Shown here piece by piece: positions 1 to 15,000 of a stretch of 64,000 nucleotides of DNA; position 1 is the stretch's first letter; every line of letters begins with the position of its first letter. The DNA comes from an uncultured Candidatus Micrarchaeota archaeon (GTDB taxonomy: Archaea > Micrarchaeota > Micrarchaeia > Anstonellales > Bilamarchaeaceae), in NCBI GenBank assembly GCA_963714085.1, contig OY970229.1:1408001-1472000 (forward strand), read 5' to 3'. The position numbers were made by a program, and so were the translations under genes. The notes beneath the pieces were generated by a model. The model did not search any database, had not been told where the DNA came from, and saw only the letters and a program-made list of their open reading frames with translations.

Positions 1-1
1 G

Positions 2-3000
2 TACGGCACGATCCTGGACAATGACTTCCAGTACAACTCCCAAGGGGTCAACCTCGATTACGGATCAGGAAACAATCTCGTGGAATACAACAATTTCTCG
101 GAGAACTACCAGGGCTTCAACGCATATTACTCTAACAACAATCAGATCCTGTACAACAACATCTCCAGCACCATGCAGAACAACGGCGTCGGCACGTCAT
201 GCCCGTTCCTCTACACTTGGAACGGCACCGGCTACGATTTCGTGTCTGACATATCCCGGGGAGGGCACATAGGCTCCTCGTCCAACCCGGGGAAGAACAT
301 CTTCCCGCAGGACTTCACGAAGATCCCTGGCAGCATGCTCCAGCCACAGGACGGCCAGTACGGCGTGAAGGTCACGGAGGAATACGACGAGATAAGCTAC
401 CTCGACCAGCTGGACCTGTATACGGTGGACCACTCGCCTGAAGTGGACGTTTATCCGGGTTTCCTGACAAGCAATTTCAGCACGTTCTACACCGTGAGCA
501 AGAATCCGCAGCCCGTGGCCTCGTGCAAGAGCGACGGCGGTGTGAACTGCCTCGCGAACATATCCGGAGCGAACGACTACACGTCGGTGCCCATGAACCT
601 TACACTCAATCTCGGCAACCTGTCCAACGCGTCGAGCATCAAGCTCATTCTGTCGCTGGCGAGGGCGCCGAGGAACTTCAACGGCAACAAGTCGCTGCAA
701 GTTATAAACGGGACCAAATGGGTGAACCTATATAAGGGAAGCGATTTCACCAGCAACGGGGGCATGCCCAGGGTGGTCGTTATCGACCTGACAGGCAAGT
801 TCCCGACCAACAACTACACCATAAAACTCATGCTGCCCACCGCGCTTTTCAATTACGTGAAAGTGGACACCACGCCTCAGGAGACCACCATCGTGAACAG
901 CTACCCCGCGGCATCCGCGGACCTCCACCACAGGGGCTATTCGACGCTGATTGGGAACATAACCATGACCAGCGACTACTATAACGTCAGCGCCACCTCG
1001 AACTACTCCAACCCGTCGGGCAACTTCACGAAATACGGGGACGTCCTGTCCCTGCTCAATGCCACTGACGACGAATACGTGATAATGCACCACGGCGACG
1101 AGATAGCGCTGACATTCAACTACACGCCCGTGGCTGACGGCATGCAGCGCGACTTCATGCTATACAGCAACGCGTTCTACAAGCAGGCCAATGATTCTAA
1201 CGGCTCTACTGTCACGCCGCTGCCGTTCCAGGCCATGACCGGCTATCCCTATCCAGCGAACCAGAGCTACCCGAACGACACGGCGCACCAGCAATATCTT
1301 TACGATTGCAACACGAGGTATTACCAGGGCGGAAACGTGACGACTGATTCGGCAGGCGCGCTGCCCTACTCGCACGACAACCTCGTGCAGGGGAACATCA
1401 TAAACGGCTCGAGCAGCAGCACCGGGCTCTATGTCTACGGGGAGCAGAGCTCGCAATTCATCGACAACAACTTATCCGGTGTCCTGTACGGGTTTGACGA
1501 GGAGAGATCCACGAATCTTCTCAATGAGAACAATTCCATCCAGGGGGCCGGCCTATACGCCGTATACGTGAGGAACAACTATGAATCCAATACGGTCTCC
1601 AACATCATGGACAATGCCACTTGGGGCGTCTATATCGATGGCGACTCGGGCGACCAGGTCACCGGGAACAACATGACCCACGTGGTCAACGGCATCAGCG
1701 TCACCGACGGGGCCGATTCCGAAGCGATACTGGGCAATTCCATCAGTGCGAGCGGAACGACGACTGAATTCAGCTCTCCCTACGGTGTGGCGTACGGCCC
1801 GGACGGCTACCTCTACGTGACCGATACCGGCAACAATGTCGTGGAAAGGATAAACACCACGACCTCAGAGACGGACGTGGTCGCGGGGCAACCCATGGAC
1901 AACAGCTATCAGGAAGGCGTCGGCTCCGGCGCTATTTTCTCTTACCCAGCGGCCCTCGCGTTCGGGCCCGATGGCTACCTCTACGTTGCGGATCACTGCA
2001 TCATAAGGAAGATAAACGTCACGACCAACCAGACGTTCTTCGTGGCAGGGGACAATGTCGGTCTGGATTGCGGCTACCAGGAAGGCGCCGGTTCTGCCGC
2101 GCTCTTCAGCTGGCCCCAGGGCCTCGCGTTCGGGCCCGACGGTTACCTCTACGTCGCGGACTCGGACAACGATGTCATAAGGAGAATCGATGTGGCCACC
2201 AACGAGACGTCCCTCGTAGCCGGCACTCCCGACACCACGGGCTACGTTGAAAACGATACGGACGGTTCCCATGCCGAATTCTACTCCCCGACAGCACTCG
2301 CGTTCGGGCCAGACGGCTATCTCTACGTCACGGATATGACCAACCAACTCATAAGGAAGGTCAATATCACGACCACAGGGACGTACTACGTGGCTGGCAG
2401 CCCGGGTTATTGCGGCTACCAGGACGGCATCAACGATTCTGCTCAGTTCTGCTACCCGCAGGGCCTTGCCTTCGGCCAGGACGGTTTCCTCTACGTGGCA
2501 GATACCGACAATGGTTTGATCAGGAAAGCGGACGTGGACACCGGCCAGACCTATTTTGTAGCTGGAAACGGGGGCTCATACCAGGAGGGCGTCGGAGCCA
2601 ATGCCAGCTTCGATTTCCCGCGAGGCCTTTCAGCCGGGCAGGGCAACACTATATATATTACGGACACCAACAACAACCGCGTAAGGAGCATCGACACCAC
2701 CACGAACCAGACCTCGCTCGTCGCAGGCAACGGGTACTCGGACTTCATCTTCGATTATGAGCGCTCCGCGCTCCTGCTGCAGGACACCGGCGATAATACG
2801 ATAGCGAACAACACGTTCGACTCCGAGCTCTCAGCAGTGAACCTGCTCGATACCGGGGACAACCTTTTCGTGAACAACACGCTGTCCTCGCCATCGACGC
2901 TCCTCACCGTGGACCCGTCATCCGGAAGCAACACGTTCTACTGGAACAACTTCACGGACACGAGCGGGCTCTATGTCAACGATTCTGGTAGCGACGATTA

Positions 3001-6000
3001 CTACGACGCCACCACTCCGGCAGCTACGGATGAGGGTAACATCTGGGCCAATGTAGTCAGCGGCCAGGTCGTCATAACCGGCACCGAGCATTCGGCCGGC
3101 TTCCCGCAGTATCTGATCGGCAGTGGCGGAAGCGGCTATCCGTATGACGACGCGACTTCCATGGGCAAGACGATAGGTGTGACCGACAACGCGCCGCTCG
3201 TCCCATCGGTTCCGTGTATCAACCTCACGGACCCGTCCACGTACACTGACAACATCTCGGGTGACATGAGCTCAGGCTTCAGCGTGAACGGTTCGGTTCT
3301 GCTGTGCCCGGACAACTACTCGTTCAGCGGCGTCACGGCCCTCACCGCAGTGGCGGACAACGTGACGATGGACTGCAACGGCGCCTCCATAATAGGAGAC
3401 GGCTCATCGTACACGTACGGAGTCCGTTCCGACTCGGTGAGCAACACCACCGTGGAGAACTGCAACATCACGGACTTCACTGATGATGTCTACTTCCGTT
3501 CCGTTTCCGGCGGCTCGATAACAAACAGCGAGATGAGCTTCGCTCAACCCAGGGGATCCTGGCCCAATGGGCTCGGGATATACCTCAGCGCGTCCACGGG
3601 CGTCAACGTCTCTGGGAACAACGTTCATGACAACAACGATTTCGCGATATACCTGGATTCGAATTCGGACGGCAACGAGATCTCCTATAACAACCTCAGC
3701 GACAACAGCCAGGGCATAATCCTCTGGTATTCGGACAGCAACATGATAGGGCACAACACCATCATCAACTCCTACACGTCCTACGGTTCCTGCCCGTTCC
3801 TCTACCTCATGAACGGCTCGAACTACAGCTATTACACCGACTTGGGAGGCGAGCCGCTGGGCACCAAATGGTTCGTGCCGCAGAAGTACACTGCAGGGAC
3901 GTACGAGCTCGGCGACTTCCAGCCGACCGACGGCGTTTACCAGCTGAAGATAAGGGAAGTCATCCCAGAATCGGATTATCTCGACCAGGCGAAGCTCGAG
4001 CTGGTCGACGTGCCACAAGGATACGGCGTGCTCAACACGTGGAGCTACACATACCCGTTCAACCAGGCGCCGAACGAGAGCTTCATGACCATAAAGGACC
4101 CGATAGCACCGATCAGCGCCACGGACAATTACAACAATAGCGTGCTATCCCAGGTATCCGGCAAGGACGGCGTGCCTGTGCCGATATACAACAAGGTCCA
4201 GAACCCAATAACATTGGACTTCGGAAACATCGCATCCCCGCAATACGCGAAGCTGGTCATCACAGGATGGGCTGCGTACGATGTGAACCCGGCGCTGAGG
4301 CCGCAGAACTACCTAATCGTGCAGACGCCCAACGCGACCGGCGGATGGACCACGCGCAGGCAATTCGGCAGCTTCATAGGAGACTCCAGGACGATCGTCT
4401 TCGACATCTCCGGCATACTCCAATCCAACGACACGCGCATGAGGATAATCGCGCCCTCCTCGTCATCCACCATCCACCTGATAGACCAGGTGCTTCTGGA
4501 CGACTCGCCGCCTGTGAACTTCACGGTCACAACTGTGAACGCGAGCAGCGCCGACCTGCAATACGGCGGCTCCGCAGATTACGTCTACGCGACGATAAGC
4601 CACAGGCACGTCAATGTGACGGACGCGCACAACCCGGCCATACCGGACGACCTCATGTACGGCAACTTCACCGCATACGGCGACGTCCTGCCCCTGCTCG
4701 CGAACGCGGACGACGAGTTCGTTGTGATGCGGCACGGCGACGAGCTGCAGCTGCAGTTCAACGACACCCCGAGGCAGATCGGGATGGACAGGTACGCATT
4801 CCTGCTCGCGGACGACATGTACACGATAAAGTCAAGCATAAACGGGTTCGTAAACGACTCCATAAGCCCCATGCCGTTCCACGGCATGAGCAAATACCCG
4901 TACAACGGGTCAGGGAACTTCTCCGATGGCGCGGCCCACGCGGCGTACGAGTCGCAGTGGAACACGCGTTCTTACGCGGAGCCGTTGCCCAACTCCAGCG
5001 CCGTCTCGCTCCCCTATTCGTTCAACAACACCGTGTTCGAGAACACGATAATCGGGGGGTCGTCCTATTCCACGGGCATGTCGCTGGACAACGAAGAATC
5101 CACGAAAGTGCTCGACAACAACATCTCCGGCGTGGAGACCGGGATCACCGATTATTACTCGATCGGCACGCTGATAAGAGGCAATATCATAATCGCGAAC
5201 AACAGCGGCACGGGGGTCTACCTGTACTACGAGAACAACCTCAATTACACCAACAGCAGCATCTCGGACAACACCATTTCGAGCGATGACATCGGGATCC
5301 AGCTGGACTGGGACTCGTTAAACGTCATGGTCTCGAACAACACCATAAACTCCTCGAGCACCTCCGTCTATGTGACAGACGGGTCGACGGCGGACACGAT
5401 CCTGCACAACAACATCACGAGCGGCAGCTGGGTGGAGGACGACGTCGGCGGCAACCAGTACAACGATTCGACCAGCGGCAACATCTACTACCTGGCCAAC
5501 GGCACGCCGTCCTGGGAGGTCTACAACATCACGGACATCAACGGCGACGGCTGGGCGGACACGGGCAGCGACCTGCCGTTCAGCTCGTTATTGTCCGGCG
5601 GGCAATGGACCGGCTACGGAGCGGACTGGCATCCGTGGACCGGCATGGCATCGCCGATATTCTTCGTAATCCCGACCCCGGCCAACGGCGCGACCATGGG
5701 CGGCACGTCCATCCCGGCCAACGTATCCATGAACGTGACCGACATGCAGAGCTTCACATGGAACCTGGACGGGACCAATTCGTCTCTCTATGACGATTCG
5801 CTCGTACTCATGCTAAACTTGGACAACGTCTCGGCACTGGGCGAATCCGATTCCTCTGTCACCAACGCATCCCTCTACGGGAACAACGGCAGCGTCAATG
5901 GCGGCGCGGTATGGACCCTTGACGGTAAATACAACGGCGCGTACTCCTTCAACGGAGTGGACAGCTACCTCGAGATTCCGGACTCGTCGTCCTTGGAGCT

Positions 6001-9000
6001 CTCAGGAGCCGATGACTTCACCATCTCGGAATGGATAAAGCCGGCTGCGCTCAACCAGACCGGAGACTTCTTCGACAAGGCAGTGGAGACCTACGGAGTC
6101 GGCCAGTTCCAGATATGGTTCACCCTGACCGGAGACGACCGGTTCCTTTTCAACCTAGGTGCCGAGGGCAATAACTGGGAATGGCTCTACTCGAACGCCA
6201 ACTACACGACCGACTGGACGCACATCGTGGTCGTCAAGAGCGGGAGCAACGTCACTGATTACATCAACGGCGTCCCGGACAACTCCTACACCACCGGCGA
6301 CACCTGGGCGAGCGCGAACACCGTTCCGATTGACATCGGCAGGTTCAGGCGCGACGGGGCCTCTTACTTCAACGGCTCCATAGACGAGGTGCGCGTATTC
6401 CGCCGGGCGCTTTCGCCGGCCGAGGTCACGCAGCTGTACGATTCCAGCCTCAAGAGGTACGACGCTAACGACTGGCAGTTCACGGCCAACGAATCCAACC
6501 TGGCCGCAGGCAGCCACACCATCCAGGCATTCGCGGTGAACGGAACGGGAAACACGTTCTCGACCGAAGAGCGGACCATAACCCTGCTGCCACCGCCGCC
6601 CACACAAGGCGTCCCGATACTCAACAGCACGTTCGGCACCAACACCGCCAGCGAGAACCTCACGGTCTACAACCAGTCCACGGTCGGCGCCACCAAGAAC
6701 ATAATCAACTGGTACGCGAACGGAACCCCGATCGACATGCTGAACATGCCTTTCGAAGGCGGCAGCAATTCCGCGTGGACCAGGGATTACTCGGACTACG
6801 GGAACAACGGCACGGTGTACGGAGCGACCTGGAACGCCACAGGCGGCTACGACGGGAACGGAGCATACCAGTTCGACGGTGTGTCGGGCTGGATCGACGC
6901 AACCGGGTCCTCGGGCCTGGACTTCACGTCCCCATTCACCGTCTCGTTCTGGTTCAAACCAGCCGACGCGGACTCGCCGGATGACACGTTCATCATCGAT
7001 AAAAGAACGTCAGGCGACCCCTGGAGGACCTTCGATTTCCAGATGTACAGCAACAACGTCTACTTCAGCATCTGGTCCGTCCCAAGGGCGCAGACGATCA
7101 TCTCCGGCTCGACCAATCTGAGCTCTGATACCTGGTACCATGCCGTCGGTGTGTTCAACGGAACCGACATCTCGCTCTATCTGGACGGGAACCTGGAGAA
7201 TTCGTCGCCTACGGCTTCGACGACCATCCAGCCGTCCGACGACGACATAAGGATCGGCAACCTGAACTCCGCGCCCACGGACTTCTTCAACGGTACGATA
7301 GACGACATCCTGGTATTCAACCGCGCCCTCTCCCCAGAGGAAATCCTCGCCCTGTACGATAACCGCACGGACGTCATGGTCTCGCAGGAGCTACATGTCG
7401 GAGACACGTGGCAGGCCTGCATGACGCCCAACAACGGCATCCAGGACGGCGCCACGAGCTGCAGCAACAATCTCACAGTGCTAAATGCACTGCCCACCCA
7501 GGGCATCCCCATCCTCAACAGCACGTTCGGCACCAATACCACCAGCGAGAACCTGACGGTCTATAACCAGTCCACGGTCGGCGCTACGACGAATATCATC
7601 AACTGGTATATGGACGGCTCGAGCATCGCAGTCCTCAACATGCCCTTCGAGGGCGGCAGCAACTCCATCTGGACCGAAGACTACTCCGGATTCGACAACA
7701 ACGGGACCGTATCTGGCGCGACATGGAACGCCACGGGCGGACATGATGGAAATGGCGCATACATGTTTGACGGGATTGACAACATGATAGACCTCGGGAA
7801 CCCGGCAAGCCTGAGCATAGGGGGCACCGATTCGCTGACCATCGAAGCGTGGATAAAGAAGGCGTCCAGCGATGCAACCGGTTTCATAGTTACCAAAAAC
7901 AATTCCGGAGGCGGAGGAGGTTACACCATGGCCATAGGCGTTCTCCCGTGCAACGCAACGCAGGTCAAGGTCACGAAATACAACGTCATAGACATCTGCC
8001 TCTCCGGTGTGCCCAGTGACACCAACTGGCACCACCTCGTGGAGATGGGCAACGCATCCGGGGTGTTCCTTTTTGTGGATGGCGTGCTGACGGACAGCTC
8101 CACAGACAACGAGAGCTGGCTTACTTCCAGCAGCAACACCGTGATCGGCTATGGCACGGACGTTGGACCCCAGGGATTCAACGGCTCAATCGACGACGTC
8201 CGCATCTACAACCGCTCCCTTTCTTCGCAGGAAATCCTCGCCCTGTACGATAACCGCACGGACGTCATGGTCTCGCAGGAGCTACATGTCGGAGACACGT
8301 GGCAGGCCTGCATGACGCCCAACGACGGCTTCCAGGACGGCGCCACCGAGTGCAGCAACAACGTGACCATCCTGCCCACCGCCTGCGTCAACCTCACGGA
8401 CCCATCCACATTCAACGGCAACATCTTGGGCGACCTAGCAGACGGTTTCATAGTCAACGGCTCGGTAACTCTGTGCAGGGACGTCTATCCCATGCCCGGC
8501 GACATCCTGGCGATGAACGTCACGGAACCGGGCGTGACCGTGGACTGCGACGGCGCGACGCTGGTCGGGGACAACTGGTCGAGCAACCTGGGCATCTATT
8601 CGGACCAGTTCAACACCACGATAACGAACTGCAACCTGGACAACTTCTCGACCGGCATACTGCTCAACTTCAGCGCGGATAACTCCACGATAGTCGGGAA
8701 CAACATATCTAGCACGAACACCGAGGGGCTCGGCATGTCCATGTTCTCGATTCCATCCGCAATCTCGAGCGAAAGCTCAGGCGACATCATCCAGGGCAAC
8801 AACATGAACACCAGCATCGCCAGCATCTTATTCCTGGGCGGCGTCAACAACACCGTCTCTTACGACAACGCTGAAGCGGAAGTCCCCATAGCCCTATTCG
8901 GGAGCGAGCAGAACAATTTCTCCTATGTGAACGCGACCGGGAACAACGAATTCGATTTCGGGGCAGGGATATACCTGGCCGAAAGCGCCTACAACGACTT

Positions 9001-12000
9001 CTCCAACATAACCGACAACGCAACGGACGGACTCGGTGTCTACCTCATCGGGTCGGAGAACAACACCTTCCTCGGCGACACCATCGAGGCGCCCGTGTGG
9101 GTAAGCGACGACACGGGCAACAACACCTTCAACGACTCGACCTCGGGCAACACCTATTACGAGGCTAACGGCACGCCGAGCTGGGACGTCTACAACATAG
9201 TGGACACCAACGGCGACGGCTGGGCTGACGTCGGAAGGGACCTGCCGTTCAGCAGCTCCCTGTCCGGCGGCGAATGGGAAGGGTACGGCGCGGACTGGCA
9301 TCCCTACACCGCGGTGCGCTGCGTGGACCTCACCAACAGCTCCACTTATCAGGACATGGTCTCCGGAGACATGGCGGACGGCTTCAGCATCAACGGCTCG
9401 GTCACGCTGTGCCCGGGCAACTACTCGGTCGGCGGCATGAACATCACGACGCCGGACACGACCCTCGACTGCGAGGACAGCTCCGTAAGCTCCGGCAGCC
9501 CGGGCAGCGGCACCGGTGTTAGCATACAGGCGGACGGGGACTCGGTCATCCACTGCGACATCTCCGGCTTCTCTTATGGCATAGACAGCTCTGGCAGCAC
9601 CAACGTGACGATAAGCAACGACACGATATCAAACTCGTCCACCGCGGCCATACACGGATTCACGGGCCCAGACTGGATGCATGTGCAGGACAACACGCTC
9701 TACGGCAACAACGTCGCCATCTGGTTCGACGCGGTGCACGAGGGCGACGTGATATCCGGCAACGAGATAGACAACAGCACCATCCACGGGATGGAGCTCG
9801 TCTACATAGACAACGCTACTGTGAGCGACAACACGATCTACAACGTGAGCGGCGGCGATGACCTCTGCGGATGCAGCGGCGGCTCCTGCCCGGACAGCAC
9901 CTGCGGCGAGGGCATATACGCGAACGGCGTGACCAACTCCGTTTTCAGCAACAACACCATAACGTACACCTTCGCCAGCGGCATCGGCTTCACGAACTCC
10001 CAGAACAACCTCATCTCCGATGGGGAGATAGGGTTCGCGAACCGTTACTACGCGGACAACTGGTCCTGGATGCAGGTCGGCGGAGGCATCTGGTACGATC
10101 CGGATTCGTCAAACAACACCGCGACCGGGCTCTACATGCACAACGACACGGGCGGCGCGTTCGACGTGCAGGGCGATTACAACACGATAGAGGGCAACAA
10201 CCTGAACCACAACTGCGGCGGCGTACAGCAGATATACTGCAATGGCGCAAGCAACCTCGTGATAAGCGGCAACAACATAACTGACGGGACCGGCAGCGGC
10301 ATATTCGCCATCGCCTGTGCCGACATGAACGTGACCGACAACCACATAGACAGGAACGCTGCGAACGGGCTCAACATCTATTCGGGGTCGGAGAACGCCT
10401 TGGTGGAGAACAACACTTTCGTGAACAACACGAATTGGGCCTTGTACCTGGGCTCCAGTTCTGACACCTTCCTCCACAACACCTTCCAGGGTTCATACTG
10501 GGTGGACGATTACGGGACGGGCGATTCCTACAACGATTCCACGTCGGGCAACATCTACTACCTCGCGGACGGCACGCCGTCCTGGGACGTCTACAACATC
10601 ACGGACATCAACGGCGACGGCTGGGCCGATGTGGGCAGCGACCTGCCTTTCAGCTCAGCCACGCAGGTGGGCATCGACGGTTATTGGGGCGGCAGCGGGC
10701 AGGACTGGCATCCATGGGCCGGTATCTCTTGCGTCAACCTCACGGACCCGTCCACATACGGGAGCTACGTCTCGGGCTCGATGGGCTCCGGCTTCAGCGT
10801 CAACGGCTCGATAACGTTGTGCACGGACAACTACTCTTTCGACAACGTCAACGCGCTCACGGTCACGGAACCCAACGTCACGATAGACTGCGCGGGCAGC
10901 TCTATACTGTCGGATAGCGATTCCTACACGGGAGCCTATTCCGACCAGCCCAACACCACCATCGCGAACTGCGCGATATCCGGTTTCAGCACAGGAGTGG
11001 ATGTCGAATCCGGAGGCGACTACGCGAGCATCGTGAACAGCTCCGTGAACGCGATCGATGACGGCATCCTCATCGAGAACGTGACCGGCGCGTCGGTTGC
11101 GAATTCCACCGCGGATTCGATTGATTATTCCGCGATAGAGCTCTACGGCACTACAGACAGCACGGTCTCCGAATCGCAGGCGACCTCCGAAGACGGAGTC
11201 GCAATACTGGTCCACAATTACGCGAACCAGAACGTAATCGCGAACGACACCGCGACGTACCTGGGCGACGGCTGTGAGTACCAGATATGCGGCGCGATCT
11301 TCATAGGCTCTAGCACCGGCAACCTGGTCGACAACAACACCGTGCTCTCCATAGGCGGGCATGGCATAAGGATTGGGGCCGGCAACGACGTCAGCGACAA
11401 CAACAACGTCACCGACAACACCATCAATTCGACCAGCGGGGTCGGGATAACGCTCAATTCGGGCGCATCCAATTGCTATATCAGCAACAATAACGTCGAT
11501 GCGGACAGCGTGAACGCCTGCCCGTACACCGAATGCGGCGCGATATTCTTCGCAGGAGGTAGCAACAACGTCATCGAGGGCAACAACCTCACCTCGCACT
11601 ACTGGTACGGCGCGAGGCTCAGCAGCTCGAGCGGGAACACGTTCACCAACAACAGCATAAGCTCCGACAGCAGGTACGTGCTTTACCTGAAGTCCGGCTC
11701 GAACACTAACACCTTCCTCGCTAACGCGATACAGGGGGGTAAGTGGGTGAGCGATTCTGGTTCGGGCAACTCCTACAACGACTCGACCTCTGGCAACATC
11801 TACTACCTGGCCAACGGAACAGGAGCCTGGAAAATCTACAATATAACCGACACCGACGCAGACGGATGGGCGGACATCGGAAGCGACCTGCCTTTCAGCT
11901 CCGCCACGCAGGTGGGCACTGACGGCTATTGGGCCGGCAGCGGGCAGGACTGGCATCCATGGGTCGGTATCCCCTGCGTCAACCTCACGGACCCGTCCAC

Positions 12001-15000
12001 TTACACCGACAACATCTCGGGCGACATGGCGGACGGCTTCAGCATCAACGGATCGGTCAGGATCTGCAAGGACAGCTACCCGATTCCCGGGGTCACGGCT
12101 CTCACAATAACTGGGGACAATGTGACCGTGGACTGCAACGGGGCCTCCATAATCGGAGACGGCTCCTCGGGCACGTACGGCGTCTACTCGAACCATCTGA
12201 ACACCACGGTGGAAAACTGCAACCTCTCTGACTATTCTGACGCCATCTACTTCGATTCCGTGGCTGGCGGCGCGATAACCAACAACGAACTGAGTTTCGC
12301 CCAATCCGGCGGTTCCTGGCCTGACGATTTGGGGTTGTACATGTACTCGTCCACCGGTATCAACATCTCCGGGAACAACCTGCACGATAACTCCTTTTTC
12401 GCGATTTACCTGGACCAGGGTTCGGATAACAACGAGATCACCTACAATAACATATCCAGCAATGACAATCTCGGTATGTACCTGTATTATTCGGACAACA
12501 ACCAGATCGGATACAACACCATGCTGAACTCATACGTGTCCTACGGCTCCTGTCCGTTCCTCTACCTTTGGAACGGATCGGGCTATGACTATTACACGGA
12601 CCTGGGCGGCGAGCCGCTGGGCACCGCGTGGTTCAAGCCGCAGAAATACACCGCAGGGACATATGAGCTAGGTGATTTCCAGCCCACGGACGGCGTCTAC
12701 AACCTGAAAGTCAGGGAAGTGATACCTGAATCGGACTATTTCGACGAGGCGAAGCTCGCGCTGGTCGACGTGCCGGCAGGATACGGCGTGCTCAACACGT
12801 GGAGCTACACCTACCCGTTCAACCAGGCGCCGACCGAGAATTTCATGACCATAAAGGACCCAGTGGCGCCCATCAGCGCGACGGACAGCTACGGCAACAA
12901 TGTGCTATCCGAAGTCTCCGCCAAAGACGGCGTCCCGGTGCCGATATACGACAAAGTCCAGAATCCGATAACATTGGACTTCGGCTCTATCGACAATCCG
13001 CAATACGCGAAGCTGGTCATCACCGGCTGGGCCGCCTACGATGTTAACTCAGCCCTCAAGCCGCAGAACTACCTGCTGGTGCAGACGCCTGACGGGAACG
13101 GAGGATGGATCACACGCGGCTCATTCGGCAGCTTCATCGGCGACTCCAGGACCATAGTCTTCAACATCTCCGGCATCCTGCAATCCAACGACACGAGAAT
13201 AAGGATAATCGCGCCCTCCTCGTCATCCACAATACACCTGATCGACCAGGTGCTGCTGGACGATTCCCCGCCGGTGAACTACACCGTGACCTACGTGGAT
13301 CCGAGCAACGCAACCCTGCAATGGGGCGGCTCCACCAGCTACGACTACCCGACCATAACCCACCGGGACATCGACGTCACGGACGACCACAACCCGTCCA
13401 TACCAGAGGACCAGATGTACGGCAACTTCACCAAATACGGCGACGTCCTGCCCCTGCTCAACGCGGCGGACGACGAGTTCGTGGTGATGCGCCACGGCGA
13501 CGAGCTGCAGCTGCAGTTCAACGCGACCCTGCAGGCTCCGGGCACGGACAGGTACGCCTTCCTGCTCGCTGACGACATGTACACGATAAAGTCCAGCATA
13601 AACGGGTTCGTCAGCGATTCCATAGACCCCATGCCGTTCCACGGCATGGCCCAGTATCCGTACAACTCGTCGGTGGCCTACTCCAACGAGACACAGCGCC
13701 AGGCGTATGCGGCAGAATGGAACACCAGGGTGTACCCAGAACCAGCGCTCAACTCGACCGCCATAGCCCTGCCTTATTCATTCAACAACACCATCTTCGA
13801 TAACACGATAGTCGGAGGTAATCCCTACGCCACAGGCATTATGCTGGATAGCGAGAACTCCACGAATCTGCTCAACAACAATATCTCCAGCGTGGAAACG
13901 GGCATATACTCGGACGACTCCTTCGGCACGCAGATAAGCGGCAACATGATAAACGCGAGCAACGACGGAACCGGCATCTACCTGTATTACGAGAACGGGG
14001 ACAACTACACCAACAGCACCGTCTCGAACAACACCATAACGAGCGACGATGTCGGCATTTACTTTGATGGCGACTCGATCAACTGCAATGTGAGCGGAAA
14101 CAACCTGACCACGGGCGGATACGGGTTAGAACTGGCATCCGGCTCCACCGCGAACACCTTCCTGGCAAACTCCCTGACCGGGGATTACTGGGTGGACGAC
14201 GGGGTGGGCGGCAATTCCTACAACGACTCGACCTCAGGCAACATCTACTACCTCGCGGACGGCACGCCTTCCTGGGACGTCTACAACATCACGGACATAA
14301 ACGGAGACGACTGGGCGGACATCGGAAGCGACCTGCCCTTCAACTCCACCACGCAGGTGGGCATCGACGGCTATTGGACCGGCTACGGAGCGGACGCTCA
14401 TCCATACGTCATCAGTGCGGTGATAGTCGGCCTGATCTTCCCGCCGCAAGGTTATTCCACGACTTCGGGCTCGATCAACTTCACGTTCAACGTGACGGGC
14501 GCGAGCGAGACCTTCAACTGTTCCGAGTTCCTGGACGGCGTGCTGAACCAGGACGTGCCATCGGTGACGAACGACACGGTGGCCCTGTTCACTATCAGCG
14601 GCATAGCCCAGGGGAGCCATTCATGGTACGTCCAGTGCACCGATAACGCCAGCGATGTAGGCACTAGCGTGACCGAGGACTTCAGCGTCGTCGCGGTTTC
14701 GCCTCCCTCTTCTCCATCCGGGGGAGGGGGCGGTGGCGGAGGCGGCGGTGAGGGTGGAGGCGGAGGCGGCGGCGCGGTCGCACCGACCGGCAACGTCACA
14801 CTCGTGCATCCGATCACTCCGGAAAACGCGTGCAAGCTGGACAGCGACTGCAACGGCAGCCAGGCATGCCTCGGCGGCTTCTGCAGGCAGCTGAACGGAA
14901 CGTGCGGATTCGCTGCCAACCATACCTGGAACCACTACGAGTGCTGCTCGGATTCCATGTGCCCCTCGGGCTCGGAATGCAGCAACAACTCCTGCGTGGT

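Noticed and set aside
14720..14775. G-rich tract as a G-quadruplex or contingency repeat
   Set aside because: Explained by a poly-Gly linker using mixed GGN codons.
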